A stretch of 64,000 nucleotides of DNA from Mobula hypostoma. Lineage: Eukaryota. The notes under the pieces were generated by a model. That model searched no databases. It was not told where the DNA came from and saw only the letters and a program-made list of their open reading frames with translations. The translations under genes and the position numbers were made by a program. Shown one piece after another: positions 14,011-27,196 of the stretch. Each line of letters begins with the position of its first letter. The stretch's first letter is position 1. The stretch lies in contig NC_086097.1 of the NCBI RefSeq assembly GCF_963921235.1, positions 210,430,001-210,494,000 on the forward strand, given 5' to 3'.

Positions 14011-14919
14011 CTAAATTCCAGAGCACATAAAAAATCTCCAGCTTCTGGGCAGCAATGTTACCTGATTCTCAATATCTCTTCTGCACAGAAACCCAAGTAT
14101 ACATCAGAAGTTGTTCTGCAAGAATAAAGCGATCTTTTATACTTGTTTGTGTATATATATCTCCTGTTTGTGATTTGAATCCTATATATTCGTGGCATAA
14201 CACTGGTTTAATACTGTATGATTCCAGTCATTATACAAGGAAATTGTTTTATTGTAGTTAATACCATCCAACAAAACTGATTTTACAACCTTTCTGCTAT
14301 TCTTGGCAACAGCTGATATAAGAGTCACCAGTAGCCCTTGACACTACTGAGTTACAACTACAGTTTGAAGGCAAAGTCTGTCCAATCAGTCCAGGAAACT
14401 GTTCTCAAAGAAGAATGAAACAATGCTTTCACATCCTAACTCCTGTTTCAACTCTCTGGTAACCGCAAATATAGGTGTGTATTCTCTGTTTTTATAGTTC
14501 TTAGCACCACATCCAACTCTGCCCCAGAGAAGTTCTCTCCATTAAAATATTTTATACACATGATTAAACAACTTCCTGTCACATGCTGTTCACAACATTA
14601 ACCATTACTAGACCAAAGTTTTTTAACAATGTCGCTGCATGTGTCACAAATTTTTGATAGACTATGTAGAATGTATAGTATCTCTATTCTAAACTGATTC
14701 TAAAGATCTTTCTGTTATCTGCATCTTACTACAATACCGTATTCGTTACTGCTGCTTTATAGAAAGTGCTGAAAATGCCTAAAGGCATTTATTCAATTTT
14801 AAGAAATAATATTCCATGTTTTAGAATATTCTTTTGACATAAACAGTTCTCATTTTTATCAACCTCTATTTAAAGACCATTCAGTTCTGACAACTATGAC
14901 CCACTTACTGAATTCACCT

Positions 14920-15257
14920 ATCAAATATTGAAAGGCCTAGATAAAGTGGATGTGGAGAAGATTTTTCCTATAGTGGTGGTCTCTAGGACCAGAGGGCACA
15001 ACTGCAGAATAAAATGATATACATTTAGAACAGGGATGAGGAAGAATTTCTTTAGCCAAAGGGTATTGAATCTGGAATTCATTGCCACAGACAGTTGTGG
15101 AGGTCAACTGTGACAGGTTTTTGATTAGTCAGGGTGTCAAAGATAATGAGAGAAGGCTGGAAAATGGGTTGAGAGGGTTAGTTAACCATAATGGAATGGT
15201 GGAGCAGGCTCGATGGGTCGAATGGCCTAAATCTGCTCCTATGTCTTGTGGTCTTAG
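14920..15257 (+). mobile_element. CR1 3' fragment
   Basis: TYQILKGLDKVD..SRTRGH..FFSQRVLNL motifs and the CR1 3' UTR. Confidence 0.7.
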
Positions 15258-15659
15258 ATGGCAGAGGCTCAAGATTCCTGAGTGCAAGTGTAAGTCCAAC
15301 ATTCCTTACAGCCCAATGCTGATGTTAGAGCACCTGTGCTGCCCTAGTGACCAGTGAGGAAAGGCAATGATCCTCAAAGGTTCCCTACCTTTGTTGCTGA
15401 ACATTTACCAGATTGATTACGTTGTAAGTCTTGTAGGCCTATTGACATTGAAGAGATAGAACGGCTGTGGAGTAAATGGTAAAATAAACATTTTTTTTAA
15501 AATTTAGTTTAATTTGAATAATTTAAATAATGTCATTGTTTTTAAGCATGTGTAGATGTTTTAGTGTTCTAATATTAAAAAAACTTCTAAATAACTTTAA
15601 TTTTTTTTGTTGCCAATAATTTTTGTACATGGGTACCAAAGTCAATGACTGACATTCAG

Positions 15660-18340
15660 TGTAAACAACATGATAAAAACCAAAGGGGGCGGTGGAAGAT
15701 TGTTGTTTCTTGGACTGGAGAACCACAACCGGTAGCATCACAGGTGATCGCTGGATCAAACTGTTGTTTCTCATCTGTATCAATAATCTATTTAAGAAAT
15801 ACAAGGCATGGTTAGTAAGTTTAGTAGATGACTCTAAAACTGTAGTATCATGAACAATGAAGGATATTATCAAATATTACAATCTTGTTCTTGACTAGTT
15901 TCAGGAACAATTATACCTCAACCATCAGGCTCTTAAAGCAGAGGGGATAACTTCACTCACCCCATTGCTGAACTGTTTTCACTACCTATGGATCATTTTC
16001 AAGGGCATTTCATTTTATGTTCTTGATATTTATTGCTTTTTTTCTCTCTTTTGTATTTGCATAGTTCATTGTCCTTTGCACATGAGTTGTCTATCTGTCC
16101 TGTTGGGTGCAGTCTTTCATTGATTTTATTCTGTTTCTTGGATTTACTGTGTATGCCCACAAATAAACAAATCTCAGGGTTGTATATGGTGACATTTATG
16201 TACTTTGATAATAAATTTATTTTGAACTTTGATCAGCTGGGTAGGTGGGATGAGGGAAATGATGTTTAATTCAGATAAGCATGAGGTGTTGCATTTTGGA
16301 AGGTCAAATCCAGGTAGGACTATGTTAGTAAAGGGCAGAGCACTGGGCTGTATTGTAGAAGAGATAGACCTTGGAGTAGAAGCACATGGTTCAGAAAAAC
16401 TGGAGTCCCAGGTAGACAGGATAGTGTAGAGGGCTATCGGCATGCTGGCCTTCCTAAGTCAGGACATTGAGTTTAATAGTTGAGAGGTCATGGTGTGGTT
16501 ATACAGGATGCTGGTGAGGCCACACTTGGAGTGCTGTGTTCAGCTTTGTTCACCTCTCTATAGGAAAGACGTTAGTAAACTGAAAAGAGTGCAGAAAAGA
16601 TTTACAAGGATGTTGCCACCAGACTTGAGGAACTGAATTATAGGAGGAAATTGGACAGGAAACCTGGTTGAGTGGTGCCACAACAATGACCTCTCACTCA
16701 ACATCAACCAAAGAGCTGATTGTTCATTACAGGAGGAAGAATTTTGAAGTCCATGAGTCAGTGTTGATTTGGGGATTGGAAGTGGAGAGGGTTAACTTCA
16801 ACTTTAAATTCCTGGGTGTTATCATATCAGAAGAATCTGTCCTGGGATCAGCACATAAGTCCATTTCAAAGAAGGCACGCCGACACCTCTACTTTCTAAG
16901 AAGCTTGCACAGATTGGCATATCACCTAAAACTCTGACAAACTTCTATAGTTGTATAGAGGAGAGTATCCTGGCTGGTTGTGTCATGGCTGGTATGGAAA
17001 TACTATTGGCCAAGAAAAGCCTACAAAAAGTGATGGATACAGCCCAGTTCATCACAAGAAAAGCTCTCCCTACTGTTGAGCACATCTATAAAGAGTACTA
17101 TCACAAGAAAGCAACATCCATCATCAAAGATCCCACCATCCAGGCCATGCTCCATTTTCGCTGCTATCATCAGGAAGGTACAGGAGCCTTAGGTCCCAAT
17201 AATGCAGCTATTACCCTTCAATAATCAGACTCCTGAACCAGGGTTGACAACTTCATGCACCACAACATAGAACTAATCTCTGAAGTCAACCTATGGATTC
17301 ACTTTCAAGGACTCTGCAAACTCATGTTCTTGGCATTATTTATTATTTTGTATTTGCAGTTTGTCTTCTTTTGCATATTGGCTACTTTGTCGTCTTTATA
17401 TGTAGTTTTTCGTTGATTCCATTGTATTTCTTTGTTTTACTGCATATTCCTGAAAGAAGATGAATCTCAGGTGGGCATTTGGTGACATATAGGTAATTTG
17501 GTAATAAATTTACTTTGAATGTGGAGTCTGGGACTTTAAATCACCAAAGACTTTGGGGCTTTAGATAGTAGTTGAGTGATCAATAGGAAGAGTAAGGGGA
17601 ATAAGCAGTCAGTGCAAGCTTCCCCTGTGGTCATTATCCTTTGGATACTGCAGGCGGGGTGGTGGGGGGGTGCAGCAGCAGTGGCCAGGCCATTGGCACT
17701 GTGGCCAGATCTGAGGCTCATCAAGGGAGGTTAACAACAGGCAGAGTGATAGTGAGGAGAACTTAATAGTTAGGAGAACAGACAGAAAATTCTCTGGCTG
17801 GGGAAGTGAAGCCAGGTGCTCAGGTGCAGGATGTCTCAGAGCGACTGTTGAATATTGTCAAGGGGGGAGGGTGAGCAGCGACGGGTTCTGTTGCACATTG
17901 ACACCAATAGTATAGGTAGAAAGGGGGAAGAGGTCCTGTTCTTGTGCGGTTCTGTTCTGTGTTCTATGTCCTATTTGAGTGCAGGACACTAAGAAGTGAC
18001 CTTATAGATGTGTATAAAGCCATTTGGGGCATAGATAGAGTGAATGCATTCAGAATCTTTCCTGGAGTTGGAAAATCAAGAATTAGAGAGCACAGGTTTA
18101 AGGTAAGAAGAAAAACATTTAAGAGAAACTTGAGGGATGATATTTTTTTTCCACACAAAAGTGGTATCTATGTGGAATCAGCTAAAGTGATTGAAGCAGG
18201 TACTATAATAATTTTTAAAAGTCTATTGGACAGGTACATGAATTAGAAATGTTTGAGCCAAACACTGGTAACTAGGGCTTGATTAGACCGCATGGGTCAG
18301 TTGGGCTGCAGGGTGTGTTTACGTGCTGTGTGACTCTATA
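15660..18340 (+). mobile_element. Cluster of degenerate CR1 and Rex1 fragments (CR1 ~15660-16660 with a Rex1 tail at ~15900-16230; Rex1 ~16663-17520; CR1 ~17520-18340)
   Basis: MMFNSDKHEVLHFGRSN and LVRPHLE (CR1); KELIVHYRR..FKFLGV..ARRHLYFLRSL (Rex1); CR1 ORF1 and 3' fragments. Confidence 0.7.
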
Positions 18341-18999
18341 ACAGCTTTTGCAGCTGATGAGTCTGAGGATGGTCTCTTAGCTTACAACTCAGAGCACGAT
18401 TTCCCTACTTACCTACTTCCTTTTTCTCACTACCACTCCCAAGAGGCATCAGTAGCATTATTGTTATTCATCTTCTCTGAAATAGAAACAGTCTTACTGA
18501 AAGTTTAGATTAGAAAATCTGATGCAAGAGGCAGTGTGCCAACTTTAAACCTGCTCTTGCTGTTACAGACATTGATATTAACCGATGGGAACTCAGGACA
18601 AGCTGTTACTCAGCATGCTGACCTTCATGCTAAATTCTCTTATTCAAGCCCAAATTAGATGTCACAGTAAGTGAAAAATCTTATAATTTAGGAGATAACA
18701 TTTATTTTACAGCATTGCATTGATCTGCAGTGATGTTTTAGTAGTTCATCCTTGACAGTCTTTTTCACATTTTTTTTTGTTCAAGGGGAAGATAACAACA
18801 TAGACCTGTAATTTTGTTTATTCTGAGTGAGACTAGGCCACGATATGGCATTATCTATTTGGTTCACAATCCTGGTAGGTCCATCAGGTAATATATATGT
18901 ACTTCAGTAATAAATTAACATTGAACTTTCCTTTAAAAATATTAATCAAAATCAGAATCAGGTTTATTATCACCAGCATGTGACGTGAAATGTCTTAAC

Positions 19000-21900
19000 A
19001 GGACGTTAGGGATAAATTTGTCCTGGTGAGGAAGATAAAGAATGGTAGGGTGAAGGAACCGTGGGTGACAAGTGAGGTGGAAAATTTATTCAGGTGGAAG
19101 AAGGCAGCATACATGAGGTTTAGGAAGCAAGGATCAGATGGGTCTATTGAGGAATATAGGGAAGCAAGAAAGGAACTAAAGAAGGGGCTGAGAAGAGCAA
19201 GAAGGTGGCATGAGAAGGCCTTGGCGAGTAGGGTAAAGGAAAATCCCAAGGCATTCTTCAATTATGTGAAGAAAAAAAGGATGACAGCAGTGAAGGTAGG
19301 ACCGATTAGAGATAAAGGTGGGAAGATGTGCCTGGAGGCTTTGGAAGTGAGCGAAGTCCTCAATGAATACTTCTCTTCGGTATTCACCAATGAGAGGGAA
19401 CTTGATTATGAGGACAATATGAGTGAGGTTGATGTTCTGGAGCATGTTGATATTAAGGGAGAGGAGGTGTTGGAGTTGTTAAAATACATTAGGACGGATA
19501 AGTCCCCGGGGCCTGATGGAATATTCCCCAGGCTGCTCCACGAGGCGAGGGAAGAGATTGCTGAGCCTCTGGCTAGGATCTTTATGACCTCATTGTCCAC
19601 GGGGATGGTACCGGAGGATTGGAGGGAGGCGAATGTTGTCCCCTTGTTCAAAAAAGGTAGTAGGGATAGTCCAGGTAATTATAGACCAGTGAGCCTTACG
19701 TCTGTGGTGGGAAAGCTGTTGGAAAAGATTCTTAGAGATAGGATCTATGGGCATTTAGAGAATCATGGTCTGATCAGGGACAGTCAGCATGGCTTTGTGA
19801 AGGGCAGATCGTGTCTAACAAGCCTGATAGAGTTCTTTGAGGTGACCAGGCATATAGATGAGGGTAGGGCAGTGGATGTGATCTATATGGATTTTAGTAA
19901 GGCATTTGACAAGGTTCCACATGGTAGGCTTATTCAGAAAGTCAGAAGGCATGGGATCCAGGGAAGTTTGGCCAGGTGGATTCAGAATTGGCTTGCCTGC
20001 AGAAGGCAGAGGGTCGTGGTAGAGGGAGTACATTCAGATTGGAGGATTGTGACTAGTGGTGTCCCACAAGGATCAGTTCTGAGACCTCTACTTTTCGTGA
20101 TTTTTATTAATGACCTAGATGTGGGGGTAGAAGGGTGGGTTGGCAAGTTTGCAGACGCCACAAAGGTTGGTGGTGGTGTAGATAGTGTAGAGGATTGTCA
20201 AAGACTGCAGAGAGACATTGATAGGATGCAGAAGTGGGCTGAGAAGTAGCAGATGGAGTTCAGCCCAGAGAAGTGTGAGGTGGTACACTTTGGAAGGACA
20301 AACTCCAAGGCAGAGTACAAAGTAAATGGCAGGATACTTGGTAGTGTGGAGGAGCAGAGGGATCTCAGGGTACATGTCCACAGATCCCTGAAAGTTGCCT
20401 CACAGGTGGATAGGGTAGTTAAGAAAGCTTATGGGGTGTTAGCTTTCATAAGTCAAGGGATAGAGTTTAAGAGTTGCAATGTAATGATGCAACTCTATAA
20501 AACTCTGGTTAGGCCACACTTGGAGTACTGTGTCCAGTTCTGGTCACCTCACTATAGGAAGGATGTGGAAGCATTGGAAAGGGTACAGAGGAGATTTACC
20601 AGGATGCTGCCTGGTTTAGAGAGTATGCATTATGATCAGAGATTAAGGGAGCTAGGGCTTTACTCTTTGGAGAGAAGGAGAATGAGAGGAGACATGATAG
20701 AGGTGTACAAGATAATAAGAGGAATAGATAGAGTGGATAGCCAGCGCCTCTTCCCCAGGGCACCACTGCTCAATACAAGTGTCACAATGGCTGGGCATTG
20801 GGAGCAAAGGTGGACCCAAATGCAAGACACATCTCGTGAGGTTACTTAGATTTTTTTTTATTGTTCGATACCAGGAGAGCAAGGCACGAGCAGGAAATAG
20901 CGAACTGAATAAGGACTCAGGACTATGACTAGGCAGGGACCAAGGGTCTGGGCTTGGACTCTGAATCGGCTCCCAAAAGTAGAGGAGGCATGAAGACGCT
21001 AGGGTATGGACTCTGAGCCAGAGACTGGGCAAGGACCCAGTACCTGGGTCTTGCCTCAGGCTTGGACCCCAGAACCAGGCAAGGACATGACATGGGTTAG
21101 GCAGAGGCAGAACATGGGAACACAGAGCCTCAGTCTCGGGGAGCAGGTACATGGAACCATGGACACATACACAGAATCGGGACCCCTCCTTGAGTACAGG
21201 ACATAGGACCTGGACTCACACACCGAACAGAGAGCCGGGACCCCTCCTTGGGTACAGGACATAGGGCCGGAACTCGCACATAGAACAGAGAGCCGGGACC
21301 CCTCCTTGGGTACAGGACATAGGGCCGGGATTCACGACCCTCTGCAGGGCAACGGCAAGACGGCCTGACTTACCCCACGGAGGCAAGGACAAGACAAGAC
21401 CAACATGAATGAACACCAGACAGTACCTATCTATCTCCGGTGATGGAACTAGACTGAAGTGCAGGCGGGGGCTGCAGATGAGGGCTAGAGGCAAGAGAGG
21501 CAGAGAAGGGATTCAGACAAGGGGGTAGGACAGGAATCACAGACCGCCAGGGCCAGGACTTGACTCAGAACTGGGAAGCTGCCAGGGCTAGGACTTGACT
21601 TGGTGCTTGAATGCCACTAGGGCCAGGACTTGACTTGGAGCCTCTGGGTAGTGGCGAGCTCTCGACTCGGCCCAGGAACAGTAGACAGCGGTTCTTGATT
21701 CCCTCCAGCGGGTTAACTGATGGACCCACCTCAGTGAGGAAACTTTGCAGGCTCGCTTTGGTGAGGTAACTGGACAGGGTTGCTCCGGTGATGAAGGGCG
21801 AATTACCGGCACTCGCTTCGGCAGAGACTGGGCTTGGTCTGGCCAGATGACATCGGCACACCGTACCTTAGATGACTTTGCAGATGCTCCCGCGCCAAAC

Positions 21901-22321
21901 AGCTGAAAGCCGGAGACTATAAGCTACTGGTTCAGCTGAGTGTTAATTGCCTCTAATCACCAAAGTTGAGGGACACGGGAAAACAGAGAATCAACGGTCC
22001 GGATCATAACATAAACAAGGTAAATTTAAAGGGACCCCGATCTGGACCATGACAACAAGAGGACATGGCTTTAAAGTAAGGGGTGGGAAGTTGAAGCGGG
22101 ATATTAGAGGAAGGTTTTTTTTTATAAACTCAGTGGTTGGTGCGTGGAATGCACTGCCTGAGTCAGTGGTGGAGGCAGATACACTAGTGAAGTTTAAGAG
22201 ACTACTGGACAGGTATATGGAGGAATTTAAGGTGGGTGCTTATATAGGAGGCAGGGTTGGAGGGTCAGCACAACATTGTGGGCCGAAGGGCCTGTACTGT
22301 GCTGTACTTTTCTATGTTCTA
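19000..22321 (+). mobile_element. Young 5'-truncated CR1 LINE, interrupted by solo LTR 20780-22054
   Basis: Near-intact ORF2 (KSPGPDG, NYRPVSLTS, QHGF, DFSKAFDKVPH, GVPQGSVL, FADAT for FADD) with one TAG at 20247-20249. The frame resumes as TRGHGFKV after the LTR. TTCTATG-type tail; TSD TTAAC at 18995-18999 and 22322-22326. Confidence 0.93.
20780..22054 (-). mobile_element. Solo LTR copy A (1275 bp, Gypsy-like) with internal tandem repeats
   Basis: Termini TGTCA...TGACA and perfect 5-bp TSD ACAAG (20775-20779, 22055-22059). Minus-strand AATAAA at 20857-20862 and a TATA-like site near 21920 suggest minus orientation. Confidence 0.85.
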
Positions 22322-22375
22322 TTAACTTAGTAGCAGTAGTTCAATGAAATACATAATATAGAAGAAAAAAAATAA

Positions 22376-23581
22376 TGTCACAATGGGGTGCTGGGAACAG
22401 ACCCAAATGCAAGATACAGACACTGAAGTACAAGGGATGGGACCTGACTAGAGTAGGGACGTGACAGGATTCAGACCAGGAGCAGGGACAAGAATGCAGA
22501 CTTGGGCTAAGGAAAGCAGACCAGGACTAGAAACCATGGACTAGGAGACAAGGCTTCGACTCCGAGCCCGAGACTGGACAATGACCCAGAACCTGGGTCT
22601 TGCCTCGGGCTCGGACCCCAAAACTAGGCAAGGACATGGCTTGGGTGCAGACTGGGGTCTTGGGTCTAGGGCTTGGCTGCAGGCTGTGGGATCCTCGAGG
22701 CTTGGGTTCCTGGAGCTTGGCCACGGGGTCCTCAACGCTTGGGTTCCTGGAGCTTGGCCGCAGGGTTCTCAAGGCTTGGGTTCCTGGAGCTTGGCCGCAG
22801 GGTTCTCAAGGCTTGGGTTCCTGGAGCTCAGAGACAGACTGGGAACCGAACATCAATATACAGCCAGGACTTATCCTTCAACAAGCCAGGACTCATCTTC
22901 ATCTCCACACCAAGGTGGGACGGATCTCTCCATCAGGTAACAGCAGAACAGCCATACTTACCCAACAGAGGCAAGGACAAAACAAGACAGGTCCCCCTGC
23001 AGGGCAACAGCAAAACAGCCTGACTCACCCCACAGAGGCAAGGACAAGACAAGACAGGACCCTCTGCAGGGCAACAGCAAAACGGCCTGGCTTACCCCAC
23101 AGAGGTGAGGACAAGAAGAGACAAACACCAAAGAACAACAGACAGTTCCATTTCTGCTTCGGGGTTGCTCCAAGTCACAGTTACAGCCAGCAACCTTCAC
23201 TGGCTACAGAAACAGCCAGATCCCTACTTAGCTCAGAGTGGCTAACAGCCACTCAGCTGGCCTGGGAAACAGCCAAATCCATACCACAAAGACTACTCCA
23301 ACGAGTGGCAACAAGGCTCCATAAAGTGTTGGTCCTCCAACCAGGCCTAGAGGTCACAAATGGTTTCACTAGCCTTCCATCAGCAGGTTGCTCCAAGGGG
23401 AACTGACAAGACAAACCAGCCACCCACACTCATCCCCAAGGCTACTTATATTACAAGCCCCAAGATGGGAATCAGGTGCTTATGATTAACTCAAACAAGG
23501 GACAGCTGGAAGACCTGGAGACCTGAGTCCACGGACCGGACCGTGAACCGGAATGCGAACTTCAAGGACCGGACCATAACA
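22376..23581 (-). mobile_element. Solo LTR copy B (1206 bp), a related subfamily with a different internal array
   Basis: Termini TGTCACAATGG...GGACCATAACA and 5-bp TSD AATAA (22371-22375, 23582-23586). It shares GACCCAAATGCAAGA and the GGGCAAC.GCAA.AC.GCCTG.CTTACCCCAC unit with copies A and C. Confidence 0.8.
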
Positions 23582-25972
23582 AATAATAAATAAATAAATA
23601 AATAAATAAATCATATTCGGTATACTTTATACAGTACATGTATATTGAATAGATTAAAAATCATGCAAAAACTGAAATACAATATGTTAAAAAAAAGTGA
23701 GGTAGTGTCCAAGGGTTCAATGTCCATTTAGGAATTGGATGGCAGAGGGGAAGAAGCTGTTCCTGAATCTCTGAGTGTGTGCCTTCAGGCTTTTGTATCT
23801 CCTACTTGGTGGTAACAGTGAGAAAAGGGCATGCCCTGGGTGCTGGAGGATGTGTCTTTCTGAGACACCACTCCCTGAAGAAGTCCTGGGTACTTTGTAA
23901 GTTAGTACTCAAGATGGAAGTGACTAGATTTACAACCTTCTGCAGCTTCTTTCGGTCCTGTGTAGTAGCCCCTCCATACCAGACAGCGATGCAGCCTGTC
24001 AGAATGCTCTCCACGGTACAACTATAGAAGTTTTTGAGTGTATTTGTTGAGATGTCAAATCTCTTCAAACTCCTAATAAAGTATCGCCACTGTCTTGCCT
24101 TCTTTATAACTGCATCAATATATTGGAACCAGGTTAGATCCTCAGAGATCTTGACACCCAGGAACTTGAAACTACTCACTCTCTCCACTTCTGATCCCTC
24201 TATGAGAATTGGTATGTGTTCCTTTGTCTTACCCTTCCGGAAATCCACAATCAGCTCTTTCGTCTTACTGACGTTGAGTGTAAGGTTGTTACTGCTGCAC
24301 CACTCCACTTGTTGGCATATCTTGCTCCTGTACGCCCTCTCGTCACCACCTGAGATTTCACCAACAATGGTTGTATCGTCAGCAAATTTATAGATGGTAT
24401 TTGAGCTATGCCTAGCCACACAGTCATGTGTATACAGAGAGTAGAGCAGTGGGCTAAGCACACACCCCTGAGGTGCACCAGTGTTGATCGGCAACGAGGA
24501 GGAGACGTTATCAGATTGTGGTCTTCTGGTTAGAAAGTCGAGGATTCAGTTGCAGAGGGAGGTACAGAGGCCCAGGCTCTGCAGCTTCTCAATCAGGATT
24601 GTGGGAATGATGGTACTAAATGCTGAGCTATAGTCAATGAACAGCATCCTGGCATAGGTGTTTGTGTTGTCCAAGTGGTCTAAAGCCACTTGGAGAGCCA
24701 TTGAGATTGCGTCTGCCATTGACCTATTGTGACAATAGGCAAATTACAATGGCTCCAGGTCCTTGCCGAGGCAGGAGTTTAGTCTAGTGATGACCAACCT
24801 CTCAAAGCATTTCATCACTGTAGATGTGAGTGCTACCGGGTGATAGTCATCAATGCAGCTCATGTTATTCTTCTTAGTCACTGGTATAATTGTTGCATTT
24901 TTGAAGCAAGTGGGAACTTTCGACCGTAGCAGTGAGAGGTTGAAAATCAATAGAATGTATCCAGGTTAACACTTACTGTGCATTCTTAATGGTCTCTGAA
25001 CTTGCAAGGATATTCAGGTAACATTTAAAAGTAAATTTCATAGCCTTAGAACTGGTATCACATATGGAGTGGACAAGGCTAAAATGGCAGATTTTAGTCC
25101 CTGAAGAAAACTAATGGAGCCGATAGGATTTTATGACAATTCAGAATTATGACAGCAGAACACTGTTCAGGGTTCTGTGTCCTGGTCCAGTGTCTTAACT
25201 ATTCTGCCACTGTTCTCCAAAACAATTATCATTTTACAGTGGTCTGATGGAAGAATGTGAATATGTGTGAAAGGGCCCTGTTTGAGATTATCGAGATGGT
25301 GAAAGTCTTTCAAATTATCATTCCCCATTCCCTGGAGGCATCTGGCTAGTGTGAAGCAGTTCTTCGCAACACTGAACCAATGCTGGTTACTGCTGAAGAA
25401 ATGCATAAATCACTGCTACAGCCATACAGGAGTACTGCATCCACTTCTGGTTACCTAGATTTAGGAAGGATGTGAAAGTTCCCAAAATGGACATGAGAAA
25501 AGTTTTTCTACATGAGTTCCCAGGATTTTAGCCATCACATTACATTAAAAAACTGACATAGTTCTCCATGGAACAAAGAAGATGGAGAGGTGTACATGAT
25601 CATGATTGGTTTAAGTAAGCAGAGGTGAGCTATTCTGTCAGTGAATGCATCTAGGACCAGGAGACATGATTTTATTTGGGAAAAATGGTACAAGCAGGTT
25701 GTGACAAAAATCATTTCTGAACAGAGCTGTCATGATCTGAAATTCAATATCATTAAGGATGGTAGAGAAAATCAAGAGGGCCTACATAAAGGAGTTGAAT
25801 TAGTGCTTAAACAGTATAATTGGTAGGGCAGTGGTACTGATGGTACTGCTTTACCAGGAGATGATGTAGATATTGGGTTGAATAGTCTCTGTGTTGTAAT
25901 TATTGTATAGTTTGGTCAGATGTTTAATGCCTAGCTGTAGTGTATTTAATAGTTGACTAATATTGTAAATAT

Positions 25973-26268
25973 GTGGGCACGTGGCCAAATGGTTAAGGCA
26001 TTCAACTAGCGACCTGAAGGTCGTGAGTTCGAGCCCCAGCCGAGGCGGCGTGTTGTGTCCTTGAGCAAGGTGCTCTGCGATGACACTGGTGCCAAGCTGT
26101 ATTGGCCCTTGTCCTTCCCTTGGACAACATCGGTGTCGTGGAGAGGGGAGACTTGCAGCATGGGCAACTGCCGGTCTTCCATACAACCTTGCCCAGGCCT
26201 GCGCCCCAGAGAATGACGACTTTCCAGGCGCAGGTCCATGGTCTTGCAAGACTAACGGTAGCCTTATA
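25973..26268 (+). mobile_element. tRNA-derived CORE-like SINE inserted in the Gypsy 5' LTR
   Basis: A box TGGCCAAATGG, B box GAGTTCGAGCC and CORE-like GTGTTGTGTCCTTGAGCAAGG. TSD TAATATTGTAAATAT (25958-25972) / TAATATTGTCAATAT (26269-26283). Confidence 0.85.
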
Positions 26269-27045
26269 TAATATTGTCAATATATTGTTTGATTAAGCAC
26301 TCTTTGGTTGCTTACATAATTCACTGCGGGTTATATATAGGAAGTAGGTGAATGGTATATGTTATTATGCCACCACGTTATATGTGCATGCCTCACTAAA
26401 ATAAAAAATAATTATGCATACATTCCCAGCACTTGTGTTTTTATTTTGATTATTTTCTGGAGTTACAAAACAATAGTTTTAAAATGAACCCAAGGCAATT
26501 ACCTACCTGTTGAAGCGCAGCATATTTTTTTCTTCAGAAGAGGAGAAAGAGAGACATGCTATGTTTTTTTTAACTCAAATGTGTTTCTTCGGAAGGGGAG
26601 AATGACATTCAAGCTAAAGAAAAGGTAGAAAACAGACGAAATTCATGGGAAGATAAGCAGTGAGTACCGAGCGATAATAATAATAAATTAAAACAAAGAA
26701 ATATCTGGCTACATTGGAAAGATAGTAAAATTAATTGCACAATAGATAACTGGATGATGTATGCTGAATGAATTGAGCAGTAGTTTGAAGCAAATGAAAT
26801 GGCTAATGAGAAATGAGTGCAAGTGTTGCTGTGTGCAATAGGTGGAAATGCATACAGTTTGCTTAGAAGCTTAACTGCTCCAACCAACTAGCCAAAGTGA
26901 GCTTTGCTGATATCTTGAATGTAATACAGGAACATTTAGAAACAAAACATTATTGATTACAGCTTGAGTTTAAGCGGAATCCAAAGGGGAGTCCATTTCA
27001 GCTTATATGGCTGAACTGAAGAAATTGTCTGAACATTGTCAGTTC

Positions 27046-27196
27046 ATGCATTGTTCCTTTCCGCATCTTGTGGTGCATTGGGTGGCAACTTTGCTGTTTC
27101 TGTAGCATTTTTGTCTGTTTTTTTATGAGGGTGAGTTGTTAGCTCAATGCTCAACCCAGCACGGATGGAAAGTGCTCAGGGAGCTGGCCTGGTTCG
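27046..27196 (-). mobile_element. Short 5'-truncated SINE-like insertion in the Gypsy gag
   Basis: Perfect 10-bp TSD TTGTCAGTTC at 27036-27045 and 27197-27206. The minus strand starts with a B-box-like CGAACC. Confidence 0.65.

Larger units (their letters stand above)
18945..24948 (-). mobile_element. 5'-truncated Rex1/Babar-like LINE hosting a CR1 and two solo LTRs in its 3' UTR
   Basis: ORFs 24744-24950 (PVALTSTVMKCFERLV) and 23802-24494 (GAPQGCVLSPLLYSLYTHD, FADDTT). The 3' tail (AATAAA plus a TTCTGA-type repeat on the minus strand) is at ~18945-18970. The UTR resumes at 22322 and again at 23582. Confidence 0.88.

Noticed and set aside
19026..20849. Active CR1 reverse transcriptase gene
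   Set aside because: It is 5'-truncated, has FADA instead of FADD, an internal stop at 20247-20249 and an LTR insertion.
22527..23406. ORFs of up to 268 aa inside solo LTR B, and similar ORFs in LTRs A and C
   Set aside because: They are by-products of GC-rich tandem repeats, have no recognisable domain and are not conserved in frame between copies.
25973..26050. tRNA gene
   Set aside because: A and B boxes are present, but the sequence continues into a CORE-like SINE body with a TSD, and a second copy of the body occurs at 35452-35696.
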